Positions 1-12,210 of a DNA stretch of 64,000 nucleotides are shown one piece after another. This stretch comes from Amoebophrya sp. A120 (lineage: Eukaryota > Protista > Dinoflagellata): NCBI GenBank assembly GCA_905178155.1, contig CAJINV010000018.1, positions 1,399,776 to 1,463,775 on the forward strand, read 5' to 3'. The stretch's first letter is position 1. Every line of letters begins with the position of its first letter. A program made the translations under genes and the position numbers. Under the pieces are notes generated by a model, which made no database searches, was not told the origin of the DNA, and saw nothing but the letters and a program-made list of their open reading frames with translations.

Positions 1-198
1 GCGGTGTGCTGGGAAGGCCTTGCATCTTCAGCATGACAGGAGGCAGACGGACTTAAGAAACAGCATGACAAAGTGCCTGCAAACGAGGCCACAACTGCTG
101 CTCTTAGTCTTCTAGCAATGCAAGTCGATTTGTGTCCTCAAATACAGCATGACCAATTTCGTTTTCGATATGGGGAGGGGGGACTTTTCCTTTTGATA
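1..198. mobile_element. Partial introner/TIR element, family C (right end only)
   Basis: Ends TATGGGGAGGGGGGACTTTTCCTTTTGATA, like the right TIR of 23457-23769; contains GCATGACA motifs; truncated by window edge. Confidence 0.75.
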
Positions 199-905
199 TC
201 TACGTGCCGGTCGTCATGTATCGAAAACCGGAAGACTACGCGCAGCAAACGCCGATCCTGGATCGCTAGTAGCGCGGCTTGATGTTGTGATTATATGGGT
301 ACTACTATCCTGTGCAAAAGTATCGTACTCGTAGTAATTGCAATCATGCATCACAAATATCCCTTTTTAGGTAAATCAGCATTAAAAATTCCATTTTTCT
401 TCTTGAAAAAATTTGTGATGCAATTTGTACTAGTACGATACTTTTGCAATGCATACTTACAACACCTGCACTTCACCCACGAAGATGTTGAACGACGTAG
501 ATCCACTCCTTTATTGTCTATGTCCTCTCCACCGCGAGGACCACGACCTCGGCCTCGGGTATCCTGAGTAAAAACGTCCCCACACCAGAGTCAAGCTGGG
601 AAATCTGCTAGACAAATCTGTCAGCTTTTGCTGCTGCGCATGACAGGTTTGGCCTCGCAGCGTAATCCTGTTTAGCTTGTTGAGCGGCATCACAGATCTA
701 GCATATCATGCTGATTGGAGCATCACAAATCCCACAACACGACTAGAGACCGCTTCTCATGGGTCTCCGCATGAGAAACATTTTCAGAGTGCAGATTTGC
801 ATTACAACTCTGGTGTGGGGACGTTTTTACTCACGATATCGGGTCGTGATTTGGCACTGTACATGCACCTACGAAGATCTGAGGTATGGAGAACTACGTG
901 ACTGA
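199..905 (+). CDS. Probable 3' end of an upstream gene interrupted by introners (frame unresolved)
   Basis: One frame stays open to TGA at 903-905 after removing elements 306-455 and 560-838 plus one repeat each; another frame (IYVPVVMYRKPEDY...) stops at 269; no recognisable domain. Confidence 0.3.
306..455. mobile_element. Introner/TIR element, family D
   Basis: TATCCTGTGCAAAAGTATCGTACT ... AGTACGATACTTTTGCAATGCATA; degenerate flanks ACTAC/CTTAC. Confidence 0.85.
560..838. mobile_element. Introner/TIR element, family B
   Basis: ~32-bp TIR TATCCTGAGTAAAAACGTCCCCACACCAGAGT; 5-bp direct repeat TCGGG. Confidence 0.9.
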
Positions 906-1823
906 CACTTAATTTTGACGAGGCAGCCGCTTCATTGGGCCGTTTTTTCTTTTCCGTTCTTGCTTGCATGATGGCACTACTTAGCAGCAATTGTCTCATC
1001 AAGAAACAAAAGCACACACTTGGATGCTTCTTCACACTGCTCAGCGCATGATCGTGGATCATGCTTCTTCACAGTGTTTCCACAAATTCGGTCAAAATTC
1101 AAATGCACGTTCGCCAGAAGTTGCGATAAATTGATCACTTCTCGTCCACCAGAGCAGCCGCAGGATCTTGGCCAAGGTTGTGTGAGTTCGGCTGCAAGCT
1201 ATGCAGCCGAACTTTTCAACAAAAAATTTGTTGATCACGATAAAGTATTATCTATCTATCATTCGGTGAAATTTAGTATTCTCAGTCGGTCGTGCAACCA
1301 CAACAACTTTGGGAACAATTAATATCATCATTCGGTGCAATTTTTGTAGGCTACAGAGTTAGTTTTTCGGTTATAGATTCATTTGATGTTGCGGATGCGG
1401 GATCATGATCAAGTGGAGAGGGAAATGAAAATGATGAAAAAGGAAACACAACGGAAATGGATCTTTTAGGGCCTTGAACTTTTGACGCCATGCCCAGGCA
1501 TGGAAAAAAAGAAAGAAAGATGACCGCGGAGGATTCGTTTTTGTTGATCCAAGAAATCAATGTTCATTCATGTATAGCAAAGTCATGATGAAAACGAAAA
1601 GTGTATAAGGTTTCCAGATCTACTTCACGTTCATGGATCCGTTCGAGAGCAAACGGAAAATCAAAATATTGAAATCTCGTGTTCTACTACCGCCACCAGG
1701 TTTTGAATAAAAGTTTCTAATCGACCTCCACTTTGTTTTGAACGGTTCTTTATTGCTCTCGCGAGAGGTCGTTTTTAAGTTATATTTTTTTCATACATCA
1801 TCGATCTATCATCAATCATTATT

Positions 1824-3347
1824 ATGTCGAAGGCAGCACGAAGAATGGATGTGGAAGACGGGAAGGCGGTCGCGTTTTCTCGCATGCAGGAAAGTGAAGA
1901 TGCCGGCCACGTAGATCTGGAACAACAGGGAGACACCGAGAGCAGCACAACTGCGGCGCTGCTTGGCGAGAATAAGAACATTAACCGCGAAGATAAATAT
2001 GAGCACGACCACGTAGAAGACCACCATTCGTCCTGTATGCAGCGACGGGCCGGGCTTCTGATCACGCTTCTTGCTTGTGCCACGGCTATTTTCGCCGCTG
2101 CTTTCGCTGTTTTTTTGGGTCTCTACGTGCAAGGAGCGAACCAGGTTGAGAGGCTCACGGAGCAGGTCGCGGAACTTAGGAGCGGCGGGGGGCCGAGCGG
2201 TGGCGGTACGGGGCCCAACAACGGTGGCGGTACGGGGCCCAACAACGGTGGCGGTGGCGGCCCCCCCAGCGGCCGCGACCTCAACAAAAACCCGATTCCG
2301 GTCAGTACCGACCAGTTGCCTCTGGACGCGCCGAGTGAGATGGTGGAGGTGTTCCGCGCGACAGACGCCGCCGCTGCCGGCAAGCGGGTCGCAGTATGCA
2401 TGGTCGGCGGCGTGCGGGCGTTGACTTTGCCAAATGTGTACAAGTCCATCGGGGACAACTTGCTTGGAAATTTGAAGGACACGGGCGTAGGCGTCGACCT
2501 GTTTTTCCTCGGATCCCTAACCCCCGCGGGTTGGAATGGTGGAGCGGCCTCCGCGGACACGATTAGCCAGCCGGATGACCCGCGGCTGCTGGCCGGGTTG
2601 GACTACTTGGAATCGAAAGTATCCACTTTTGCGAAGAAGCGGATCGTGCCGGATAGCACCTGCAGTGCCGTCGCAGATGTGATGGCCGACCAGGGGCGGG
2701 GTGTGAGGTCTTCTGCTCCCGGGGAAGCACCACGCTACGACGGTCCGCCCGTGCTGCCCGACTCGCTGTGCACAGACCGGGAGTTTTATAAATCAGCCTG
2801 GTTTCTGCAGATGATGTGGATTGACGCTTGCTTCGCGGACGTGGAAAAACACGCGGCGGCGCACAACGTGACCTACGACTTGGTGGTCCGCGCCCGGCCT
2901 GATACGGGGTTCCTGGAACCTCTGGACTGGAACGCGGCGGCCACGAGCCAGGAGTTTTCGGTCGCGCGAAACTTCCCCACCATGCCGGTGAGGGCATTTG
3001 CGAAGGATACGAACCGCGTCTGGGACTGGTTTTGGACGGCGCCGTTCCATTACATCCCTAAGTTCCGCACCGGGACGGTTGGCTGGTACTTAAAATACGA
3101 CTCTGCCACGAACGAGTTTCGGGACAACCTGAACGGCAAACATGGCCTACCTGACTTCGGCGCCTTCGGAAACTACGCGTTCTCTACCGTCGTCCGCAGG
3201 CCGTTCCCCGTGACGATTGTGCGCACGGCATCGCGCGCGCAGTGTGACTTTTTCCAGGGCTACAAGTTGCAGGGCTTCGAAGAAGTGGGCAGCAGACTGG
3301 TCCGTGACTGCGAGCAGAAGGAGAGAGACGCGTACTGGGGACTGTGA
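1824..3347 (+). CDS. Type II membrane protein, putative glycosyltransferase-like (paralogue 1)
   Basis: Intronless 507-aa ORF; one hydrophobic segment, Gly-rich stalk, luminal domain with RVAVCMVGGVRAL and YDLVVRARPD motifs; function is inference. Confidence 0.85.
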   Translation: MSKAARRMDVEDGKAVAFSRMQESEDAGHVDLEQQGDTESSTTAALLGENKNINREDKYEHDHVEDHHSSCMQRRAGLLITLLACATAIFAAAFAVFLGLYVQGANQVERLTEQVAELRSGGGPSGGGTGPNNGGGTGPNNGGGGGPPSGRDLNKNPIPVSTDQLPLDAPSEMVEVFRATDAAAAGKRVAVCMVGGVRALTLPNVYKSIGDNLLGNLKDTGVGVDLFFLGSLTPAGWNGGAASADTISQPDDPRLLAGLDYLESKVSTFAKKRIVPDSTCSAVADVMADQGRGVRSSAPGEAPRYDGPPVLPDSLCTDREFYKSAWFLQMMWIDACFADVEKHAAAHNVTYDLVVRARPDTGFLEPLDWNAAATSQEFSVARNFPTMPVRAFAKDTNRVWDWFWTAPFHYIPKFRTGTVGWYLKYDSATNEFRDNLNGKHGLPDFGAFGNYAFSTVVRRPFPVTIVRTASRAQCDFFQGYKLQGFEEVGSRLVRDCEQKERDAYWGL

Positions 3348-4351
3348 AAGAGCCGTATTTAGACTGATGCTTTCTACTGATCTACTATTCATGTTTACCG
3401 AAATTACAACCACAAACCGAAACCTTTCTCAAGAATTCTATTGACGGATACTGTTCTGGACTGTTCATCGATTGTACCACTTGCACTACATTCGAATCTC
3501 TACAGAGATTATAAGACTGCGACGAACAACAACAACTACGCGAGCGCGTACGTTGAATGATATACTTATAGTATTTGAGTAGAAGTTTTGCGTGTAACTG
3601 TAAGATAGATTTCTAGCACATCTTCGCGCACGAAAACCCTCGCAGTCTTCATTGCCCCGTGTAGGATTTTTTTTCATCTGGCGAGAGAAGGCCGCGGCCC
3701 CCTCACACATAAAATCAATGTTACATCATGCTTCACCCCCTCATACATAAAATACCGCTTTATCTATGCGACTACTTTTTAAAGGATCAAACCACGACAG
3801 CAGTGCTCCGAGGTGCGTTTTGTTTGGGGTACTATTTTAGTCTGTTTTGGATTAGATCGTATTTTGCGGCATTTTTTTGGTGTTTTGGAGGCTACTTGAG
3901 TCGGATTTTAATGCATTTCTTGGAACCGGACGAGTTTGGGTAAACGAGAAGGCCGAGTTTTGGGATCCCGCAGTTTTTGATGCGCCTCGATGTATTAATT
4001 TTTGGCCCTCGTCAAGTTTTTGTTTTGGGGCCTCGGCCTCGGAGCGATAATTTCAATTTCGGAAGAAAAAACCAGCACAGGTACTTCTGACACGACGTAT
4101 TTATTTCCCATCTCCTTGGAACGAAATAAATGTACTCCTGCATAATTTTTTACGAGTCTTTTTCTGAATGACATGACTTCTGTTGAAAGTAACAGACATA
4201 CTAGCACAAGCACACAACATCAACATCGATATGTATCTAGTATGCACGCACACGGATCTGCCAGGTGGCAACATACGCGAGCGTGAAGGGAAGTGCGATA
4301 GCACATATTTGTGGTTCGAAGCGAAATGAGACAACTTGGGTTGTTGCATAG

Positions 4352-4402
4352 TAAACCTAGATGAAGCAACCACACGAGGTCGCGACCATGAGGACACGAG
4401 CT
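4352..4402 (+). repeat. Dispersed ~55-65-bp motif, copy 1 (others 6120-6180, 7441-7508; diverged copy 15826-15888)
   Basis: TAAACCTAGATGAAGCAACCACACGAGGTCGCGACCATGAGGACACGAGCT is near-identical in three places. Confidence 0.85.
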
Positions 4403-4555
4403 TTAAATTTAGACGAATCCATCTGGGCCTTCGAGTTTATTCTCAAGCGACAGTTTATTCAGATTGGAAAGAAAGTTTTTAAGCAGCTTAAAGGTGCACC
4501 CATGGGATCAAGTCCCGCGCCAAGACTTGCTAACCTAATTTTGTTTTCTCACGTC
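4403..4555 (+). mobile_element. Reverse transcriptase fragment, Penelope-like
   Basis: Translation QFIQIGKKVFKQLKGAPMGSSPAPRLANL matches the Penelope-type RT motif QxxGxPMGSPxSPxLANL; no YVDD motif follows, so it is a remnant. Confidence 0.65.
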
Positions 4556-6180
4556 ATCTCCGGCAGAAACCGCCGGGGCAGCAGCAGCAACTACGCCTAG
4601 TGGCGCTCTAAACAACGATCAGAAAACGATTAATAGTGTCTTCCGGAACAACAAAGATCACGCGTTCAACAAGAGGGGCCGGCCGTTGGCTTCGCCCAAC
4701 CTCAACAATGTGGACGACAAGCCTGCCCCCGCAGTTTCTTCTTCTACATCTTCTGCATTGCCCCCGGGTAATACAGCTCCGGCTTGGGGTGGAAAGGATA
4801 GCAAAGGACAAAAAGCAAACTTCTCCCACCAGCCGCCTGCGCCGAGCAATCACAAAAACAACAAAGGCCATGGAAGCAAGAATCCGAACCATAAACAAGT
4901 GATAGCAACTTCTGCCCCAGCTTCCAGTCCAGTTTTCCATACGCCGAGAGGCGACGGCCATTCTTCCCGCAATTCTAATTACCATTCCAAAGGACAGAAC
5001 CAGCAGGGGGGAGGTAACTTCAAAGGGCAGGGTTCTAGTCGCTATGCCTTCTCCCTTGGCGATAGCCGACCGCAAAACCATTTCAACCTGAATACGCAAG
5101 ATTTTCAGTCGCAAAACTCTTCGCATTCCAACTCCGTTCTGCGTTAGATAGTCACCGTTTCTGCTTCGCTTTTGCTTATGCTTGTCTATCTTACCTCCTT
5201 TTGCTTTCTACATGCGATCCTTGATAGAGGTAGCTCTCACTTTAAAAGTGATTTTTTACAAATTGGGTTCAAATAAAATATAGTCTGCTGATCCGGAAAT
5301 GCAGCTCGCATGTTCGTTTTCTTCATCACGTTTTTCGTTTTTCGTCAGTTTCAATCTTCTGAGAGAAACCAAGCAACGAAGCTGCGCTCTAGTGCACGCA
5401 CTAGATTATTTTTGCATCCGCTATGCCATGAGTCTTCAATGTCAGTCTAGGGCCACCAGCTCTTAAGGTCCACCTTTTATTTTTGCATGACATTTTGAAA
5501 AAAGTGGCAACTCAGCATCAGAAATTTATATTGTGATATGCATTGTTTTAGCTTCATCATAGAAAATGAAATGTAGAAAAGCTTATGTATATTTACTGCC
5601 TCCTGCATGCTTTAGCACTAGTCGATCAAATGGTCGCTAGCCTGCAATTCGTAAAGATCTATTTTCATCTGCGTGTTCTTCTTGCCGTCGTCTTGTGCTT
5701 CTTCATCATCGAGAAAATATCTGAGAGAAAAGTAATCGAGAGAAAATTGTAGCTGCATGCTACAGCGAGTTGCCGCGCCCATCCTGATTTCCGTTTGCAA
5801 GCAAGATATACATGGCTGGAGCCGCAGATCATGATCGATCTGCGCACCGTTGGCACACGGTGTGCAGGTTTAGGCCGGTGCTTAAGGCGCCAGTGAAGAC
5901 GTTCACATTTACCAGCTGACCACCAGAAAATGTACAAGCGAACACTTGCTTGCCTTATCCTCCTCTTCCTCTTCGCGCCCTCTTTAGGTTCCCCAGTTCC
6001 TCATTCCTCTCCAAAATAATGGAAAAAATCAGCGTGTTAGGTGTGCTTTTTTCAATTTTTTATTTTTTAGATTTATAGATAGTTCATGTTTACTTTGCTA
6101 TGCTATTGTTGTTCTTCTCTAAACCTAGATGAAGCTGCAACCACACGAGGTCGCGACCATGAGGACACGAGCTGTAGCAG

Positions 6181-6612
6181 TGAGTGTCAGTGCGTGTCAC
6201 TTTTACAGACCGGGAAGAGGTTTTGCAAAGTTTTGGAAATATCTTTCCCCGACGGTATTGTGTGACACGCACTCACTGCGTGTCAAGTGCGTGTCACTCT
6301 TCACGCCTGTATTCTCGCCACCAGCGATTCGGTAGTGCGTGTCAGTGCGTGTCACCAGATTTAGGTGCAAAAAATGACACGCACTGACACGCACTAGATG
6401 CGTGTCACTACCATACCGCGCAGGAGAGAGACAACGCCTGTTGGGTTTTGGTCTTCCCTGATGGTATACGGTGACACGCACTGAGTGCGTGTCACTTTTT
6501 GCACTATATTCTGGTGACACGCAGTGACACGCAATGCGGTACGCAAGTGACACGCAGTGTGACACGCACTGCGTGTCACTTGCGTATCACTTTGCGTGTC
6601 AACTGCGTGTCA
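6181..6612. repeat. Bidirectional GTGACACGCA/TGCGTGTCAC micro-repeat array
   Basis: Roughly 15-20 copies of the 10-mer in both orientations, within a block bounded by motif copies at 6120 and 7441. Confidence 0.85.
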
Positions 6613-8659
6613 CTTTTTGGACGTTTTGCTTGTCTGAGTGTGTTCATTTTTTTGCGCCTTTTCTTCCCGAATTCGCCTGCCTTTCTTTGCGCCACATTCT
6701 GCTTTTATGAACAACAGAAAATACGGCTTTTTTCTGTACTTTGGCAGCTTCAAGTTGAAGAAAAAGGCCGCGCTGTGTGCTTTGCTGCAGAAAGTACTCA
6801 AGACCGGCGCCCCCGCCCTGCAGGCGGGGGTTGGCCGGCATGGGAGAGAGCACGAAGCGCCCGGAAAAGGGAAAAGAGGCCTTTTCCTGAAACTTGGCGG
6901 CCCGAAGTTGCAGAAAAAGGCCTCCACATGATTGCCGCGAGCAAGTGCGCGCCCTTGTGCTGGCTTGGCTTCTTTGGCTCGGGCGATGCTTCCTCGCTAT
7001 TGTTGGGCGCGCAGCTGGGGGCGCGCTTGGGTGCGAGCCGGCTTCTTTGCTGCGATAGCTGCGAAGAAACGAAAAGAAGAGCTTTTTCTGCAACTTGGCG
7101 GCCCCAACTTGTTGAAAAAGCCTGTCAGGCGAGACTTGTTGAGCAAGACCGCTCCGCCTTTTGCTGCTGTCTGGCCCGAGGGGCCCGGTGACCTTCCGCC
7201 CCAGGCCCCCCCTCGCATTTGTGCCTGGCCGCTAACTGAGTCCTTTTCTGGCAACTTGCAGCTGGGAACTTGTCCAATTTGCGCGTCTTCTTTTTGTGTT
7301 TCTTGATGTGGGCTCTGGGGGCAAAAGGAACACTTCGAAAGCGCCACTCCCTATCGCAAGCGAGCGCCCCATGGCCATGGTAGTGGACATTTTGAGCGCG
7401 TTTGAGAAGCCACCCCGTTGCTAGGCCGATTTGACTCCGATAAACCTAGATGAAGCAACCACACGAGGTCGCGACCATGAGGACACGAGCTGTAGCAGCG
7501 AAACTCGTAACGCGCTTCCCACATAATTACTTTCTGCCATCAGAAACTAGGAACAGAGCTCGCTGGACGAGTGGCGCTCCAGAACGCCGACGGGCTCCTC
7601 TGCAGCTTAGGAGGCACTGCTAGCTTCGATTGGTAGTAGTTGTTCACCGCTTATGTTGGTCGTTGTACTACCACTACGGACCAAAAAGTAGATGAACCAA
7701 GACAGAGGGTCACCGTAGTATGTTGTAAGGAGGTCATGATCTTCATCTTTCTTCGGGTCTGATAACAGAACCACCATGCCGCGAAACCGCAAGCCAGATC
7801 ATAAATCTTGTGATGTGATGAAAGTTGTACAGCGAAAAAGCTCGTTGGAAAGCCACCGCTTGAAAGTACATTAGTCAGAGTTGTGAACACCATCTGTTTT
7901 CGGTTGTGTTTTGGAGCGATGCAGAAGTTCAGTTCTACTTTCAATTTGAATATAATAAATACGAACACGATCTCGCAGTCGCAGCAAGATGAAATGAATC
8001 CAAAGTACTTAGATACAGATTGAATTTCCATCGATCCTAGTGAAAGTGTTGAGCGCATTAACGATCATGGGCGAGGGTTCATCATGGTGTTTCCGTTCTG
8101 TGAAAATTCAAATGCATGTTCGTCCGAAATTGTGGTAAAATGATCATTTGGATTTGCCCACCCGATCAACTACAGGATCTTCGCTAAGATCACGGAGAAT
8201 CAATTTTTCTTGATCCAAAGTATGAAGGTGAGCAGGAACAGATACAGAGCAATGGAATATCATCCATCACCACCAGGGTTGACCACACGAACCGACGAAC
8301 CCGCATTTTTTGCACCGGCGTTTGGAGCTTCCTTCTTGGGAATTATACGCATTTCTTTACAATTAGATTTAAAGTACAACTCTTACACTTTGCCTTTGAT
8401 CTTTTTCTTGGACGGGATGGGAATTAGGTGGTGATTGGCGTTGCCTCTTACCCCAACCCTCGATAGACAGACGTGGGCTTTTCTACTCTTTTGAATAACT
8501 ACTGCTGTTCTTTTACTTATCGTTTTGCCGAGTCTATCAATCGACTTCCCCGTTGTTTTGAACGATTTTAATCCCCTGCCAGAGATCTATCTTTTCAAGT
8601 TAATTTTTATATTTTTTTGTAAATCAAAGTTTTACTTTTGGTTTTATTTCATTACAACA

Positions 8660-10033
8660 ATGTCGGAAGCAGCACGAAGAATGGGCAGCGAGGAGGTAGC
8701 GTTTTCTTCCTTGCAGAAATCTGAAAATGGAACCGGACACGTGGATCTGGAAAAGGGCGATGCTATGTTATTTCGGGACGGGTGCAGCACAACTGCGGCA
8801 CTGCTTGACGAAAACAACGGGGGAAAATATGAGCAAGAAAATCCTGACGAACATGAAGTAGACCACCACTCCTGTATTCAAAGACGTTCCGGGCTTCTGA
8901 TCACGCTTCTTGCTTGTGCCACGGTTATTTTCGCCGCTGCTTTCGCTGTTTTCTTGTGTCTCTACAACAGAGTCCCGATATCGGTCCGGACCGACCAGTT
9001 GCCTCTGGACGCGCCGAGCGAGATGGTGGAGGTGTTCCGCGCGACAGACGCCGCCACTGCCGGCAAGCGGGTCGCGGTGTGCATGGTCGGTGGCGTGCGG
9101 GCGCTGACTTTGCCAAATGTCTACAAGTCCATCGGGGACAACTTGCTTGGCAGGTTGACGGCCACGGGCGTAGGCGTCGACCTGTTTTTCCTCGGATCCC
9201 TAACCCCCCGGGGTTATAATGGTGGAGCGGCCTCCGCGGACACGATTAGCCAGCCGAATGACCCGCGGCTGGTGGCCGGGTTGGACTACTTGGAATCGAA
9301 AGTATCCACTTTTGCGAAGAAGCGGATTGTCCCGGATAGCACCTGCAGTACCGTCGCAGATGTGATGGCCGACCAGGGGCGGGGTGTGAGGTCCTCTTCT
9401 GCTCCGGGGGAAGCACCACGCTACGACGGTCCGCCCGTGCTGCCCGACTCGCTGTGCACAGACCGGGAGTTTTATAAATCAGCCTGGTTTCTGCAGATGA
9501 TGTGGATTGACGCTTGCTTCGCAGACGTGGAAAAACACGCGGCGGCGCACAACGTGACCTACGACTTGGTGGTCCGCGCCCGGCCTGATACGGGGTTCCT
9601 GGAACCTCTGGACTGGAACGCGGCGGCCACGAGCCAGGAGTTTTCGGTCGCGCGAAACTTCCCCACCATGCCGGTGAGGGCATTTGCGAAGGATACGAAC
9701 CGCGTCTGGGACTGGTTTTGGACGGCGCCGTTCCATTACATCCCTAAGTTCCGCACCGGGACGGTTGGCTGGTACTTAAAATACGACTCTGCCACGAACG
9801 AGTTTCGGGACAACCTGAACGGCAAACATGGCCTACCTGACTTCGGCGCCTTCGGAAACTACGCGTTCTCTACCGTCGTCCGCAGGCCGTTCCCCGTGAC
9901 GATTGTGCGCACGGCATCGCGCGCGCAGTGTGACTTTTTCCAGGGCTACAAGTTGCAGGGCTTCGAAAAAGTGGGCAGCAGACTGCTCGGTGACTGCGAG
10001 CAGAAGGAAAGAGACGCGTACTGGGGCCTGTGA
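8660..10033 (+). CDS. Type II membrane protein, paralogue 2 (no Gly-rich stalk)
   Basis: ATG at 8660 (MSEAARRMGSEE) aligns with the paralogue starts; C-terminal domain nearly identical to paralogue 1. Confidence 0.85.
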   Translation: MSEAARRMGSEEVAFSSLQKSENGTGHVDLEKGDAMLFRDGCSTTAALLDENNGGKYEQENPDEHEVDHHSCIQRRSGLLITLLACATVIFAAAFAVFLCLYNRVPISVRTDQLPLDAPSEMVEVFRATDAATAGKRVAVCMVGGVRALTLPNVYKSIGDNLLGRLTATGVGVDLFFLGSLTPRGYNGGAASADTISQPNDPRLVAGLDYLESKVSTFAKKRIVPDSTCSTVADVMADQGRGVRSSSAPGEAPRYDGPPVLPDSLCTDREFYKSAWFLQMMWIDACFADVEKHAAAHNVTYDLVVRARPDTGFLEPLDWNAAATSQEFSVARNFPTMPVRAFAKDTNRVWDWFWTAPFHYIPKFRTGTVGWYLKYDSATNEFRDNLNGKHGLPDFGAFGNYAFSTVVRRPFPVTIVRTASRAQCDFFQGYKLQGFEKVGSRLLGDCEQKERDAYWGL

Positions 10034-10814
10034 TGAACGAGACATACACTGGTGTTTTCTACTGGTCTATGTGTTCATGTCTACTGAAGCGACAACCGCA
10101 AATCTTTCTCAATTATATTGCTCTGGACTGTTCATCGAGATCGATTGCACCACTTGCACTACGTTCGTCTACAGAGATTATAAGGTTATAAGGAACAACT
10201 ACGCGAGCGCATACGTTGAATGGTACATGAGCATAAAAGTTTTGTATGTCAAATTTTGATTTGTAAGACATCTTCGCGCACGAAATCCCTCGCAGTCTTC
10301 ATTGCCCCGTGTAGGATTTTTTTCCATCTGGCGAGAGAAGGCCGCTGCCCCCTCACACATAAAATCAATGTTGCATCATGCTTCATCACCCCCTCATACA
10401 TAAAACGCAGTTTTATCATGCGATTACTTTAGAAAGATAGAAAGGATCAAACCACGACAGCAGTGCTCCTAAGTGCGTTTCGTTTAGGTTACTATTTTAG
10501 GCTGTTTTATTGGTTTAGATAGTATTTTGCGGTATTTTTTTGACGGGATCGAGAAGCAAGTGGTGTTTTGGAACCTACTTGAGTCAAACAAATTTTGGTG
10601 CATTTCTTGGAACGGGACAAGTTTGGATAAACGAGAAGGCCGAGTTTTTGGATCCAGCAGTTTTTGATGTACCTCGATTTTTTACCCTCAACATGTTGAA
10701 GTTTTTCTTTTGGGACGTCGGCCTCAGAGCGACGATTTGGATGGCAAGATAACAAAGATTGTAGAAGTAGTAGACCCACAAAATTTTTTAACTACATCGC
10801 CACCAGCAGCAGCA

Positions 10815-11081
10815 TATCAAATGTAAAAGTGTCTGGGTCTGGAAGAATAGAATGCAACTTGTCATGCTAAATCTGAAGCATGCAAAAATCTGTGTTGCAT
10901 GATTACCAAAAGTCGTGCAGTTTTGACCAAGTCGGGATGGAGTTTCTCATGCAGAATAGGCATGAGAGAGATCGCGCAGAATCTGTCATGCTAGGTCCTG
11001 CATTCCAGACCTCGTGGGTCATGGAAAAGCTGCATGACAAGTCGCGCACTCTTCCAGACCCAGACATTTTTGCATTTGATA
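10815..11081. mobile_element. Introner/TIR element, family A (intergenic)
   Basis: TATCAAATGTAAAAGTGTCTGGGTCTGGAAG ... CTTCCAGACCCAGACATTTTTGCATTTGATA; direct repeat CAGCA. Confidence 0.9.
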
Positions 11082-11834
11082 CAGCAACACGTGGGTCATG
11101 GTTGTATCCAGGTCTTGATGATGTTTTGCAGTCATCGATACGAAGGAAAGGATCACAACAAAAGGACAACCAACCAAGGAACCAGCCACCCCTTCATGGA
11201 TACTTACATCAAACACTTGCGTCGACCAACTTACTATACAGCCCTCAGATGTCGTCCAACATCAAGCACCACCTCGTGGTCCAACAGTTGGACGAGGTGG
11301 CTTTATTTTCGTTCCACATAAGCCCCAGCGTAGCCGCCGCAATACTTTCGTTTTGTGTCTTGGAGGGGAAAAATTGTGAGGGAGTGCATAGCGATATTCC
11401 CATTTTTGCATTGCAAGTCAGCCACCCCCTTTCTGCATCGCAAGTCAGCAATTAATAAATTTGGATTTGTCGGAATATTTCAATACGTGACCTTATAAAG
11501 TGAGCAGTTTCGTTTTTGATGCAGAAAGCCTTCTCAACGCAGCCAGCTGCTTTTTGAGAAAAGCTAGCCCATTTTTTGTTAACAACTCTCTGTGCAAAAA
11601 ATTTGGTGTTGAAGTTTTACGCCCATATCAAGCCTGAGAAGACAGGTTTTGGCCTTGGCGCTTAGCATGACAGACGTCTACGCTGTAGGAACATGAGCAT
11701 GACAAACCGCCTGTAGAATGCGGCGGAGCCTGTGGAGTTGCCTGCATGCAACACAGAGACGATTTGTGGCCACACATCAGCAACTTAATTTCTCGAAAGC
11801 GTACCTTGTCAATATGGGGAGGGGGGCTTTTTCC

Positions 11835-12210
11835 TTGTAGGAGAAAACACGACCGGAGTGCTGCTTGGAGGGCTGAGAAACTTCCAAGTCGTATCCTCAG
11901 TAAAAACGTACCCACACCAGAGTTCCAATGCAGATTTGCAAAGACAGGAAGACTTGTAATGCGCATCCCCATGAGAGCCATTCCCAATCGTGTTTTGGAA
12001 TTTGTAATGCTGTAAACAGGATGAGCAGATGGATTTCTGACGCAGCTGGCCTTGCGAACCTGCACTACGCTACGGACTGCAGCTTGTGATGCGTGACTCA
12101 CAAAACTCCTAGGTTTGTGTTGCAAAATCCCCATCCTGACTCTGGTGTGGGTACGTTTTTACTCAGGATAAGTCGGCGGCTCCTCCTCGTCTTCGTCTTC
12201 TTATCGAAGT
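11835..12210 (+). pseudogene. Duplicated fragment of the second exon of the Rod/KNTC1 gene
   Basis: Once 11892-12170 is removed it matches ~19010-19105 (GGAGAAAACACGACCGGAGTGCTGCTTGGAGG...CAAGTCGGCGGCTCCTCCTCGTCTTCGTCTT); preceded by a family C right end and followed by a truncated family A left end at 12211. Confidence 0.8.
11892..12170. mobile_element. Introner/TIR element, family B
   Basis: TIR TATCCT(C/G)AGTAAAAACGTACCCACACCAGAGT; direct repeat AGTCG; paralogous empty site at 19063-19067. Confidence 0.95.

Noticed and set aside
4686-5147. 153-aa ORF as an independent gene
   Set aside because: Non-ATG start, low complexity and adjacent to the RT remnant; more likely element debris.
4352-7508. 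Hammerhead or HDV-like ribozyme call for the dispersed motif
   Set aside because: The CTGANGA...GAAA core and the HDV nested pseudoknot could not be fitted by eye; kept only as an unassigned structured motif.
8525-8659. N-terminal extension of paralogue 2 given in the ORF track
   Set aside because: T-rich leader with a non-ATG start; the paralogues begin at the position equivalent to ATG 8660.
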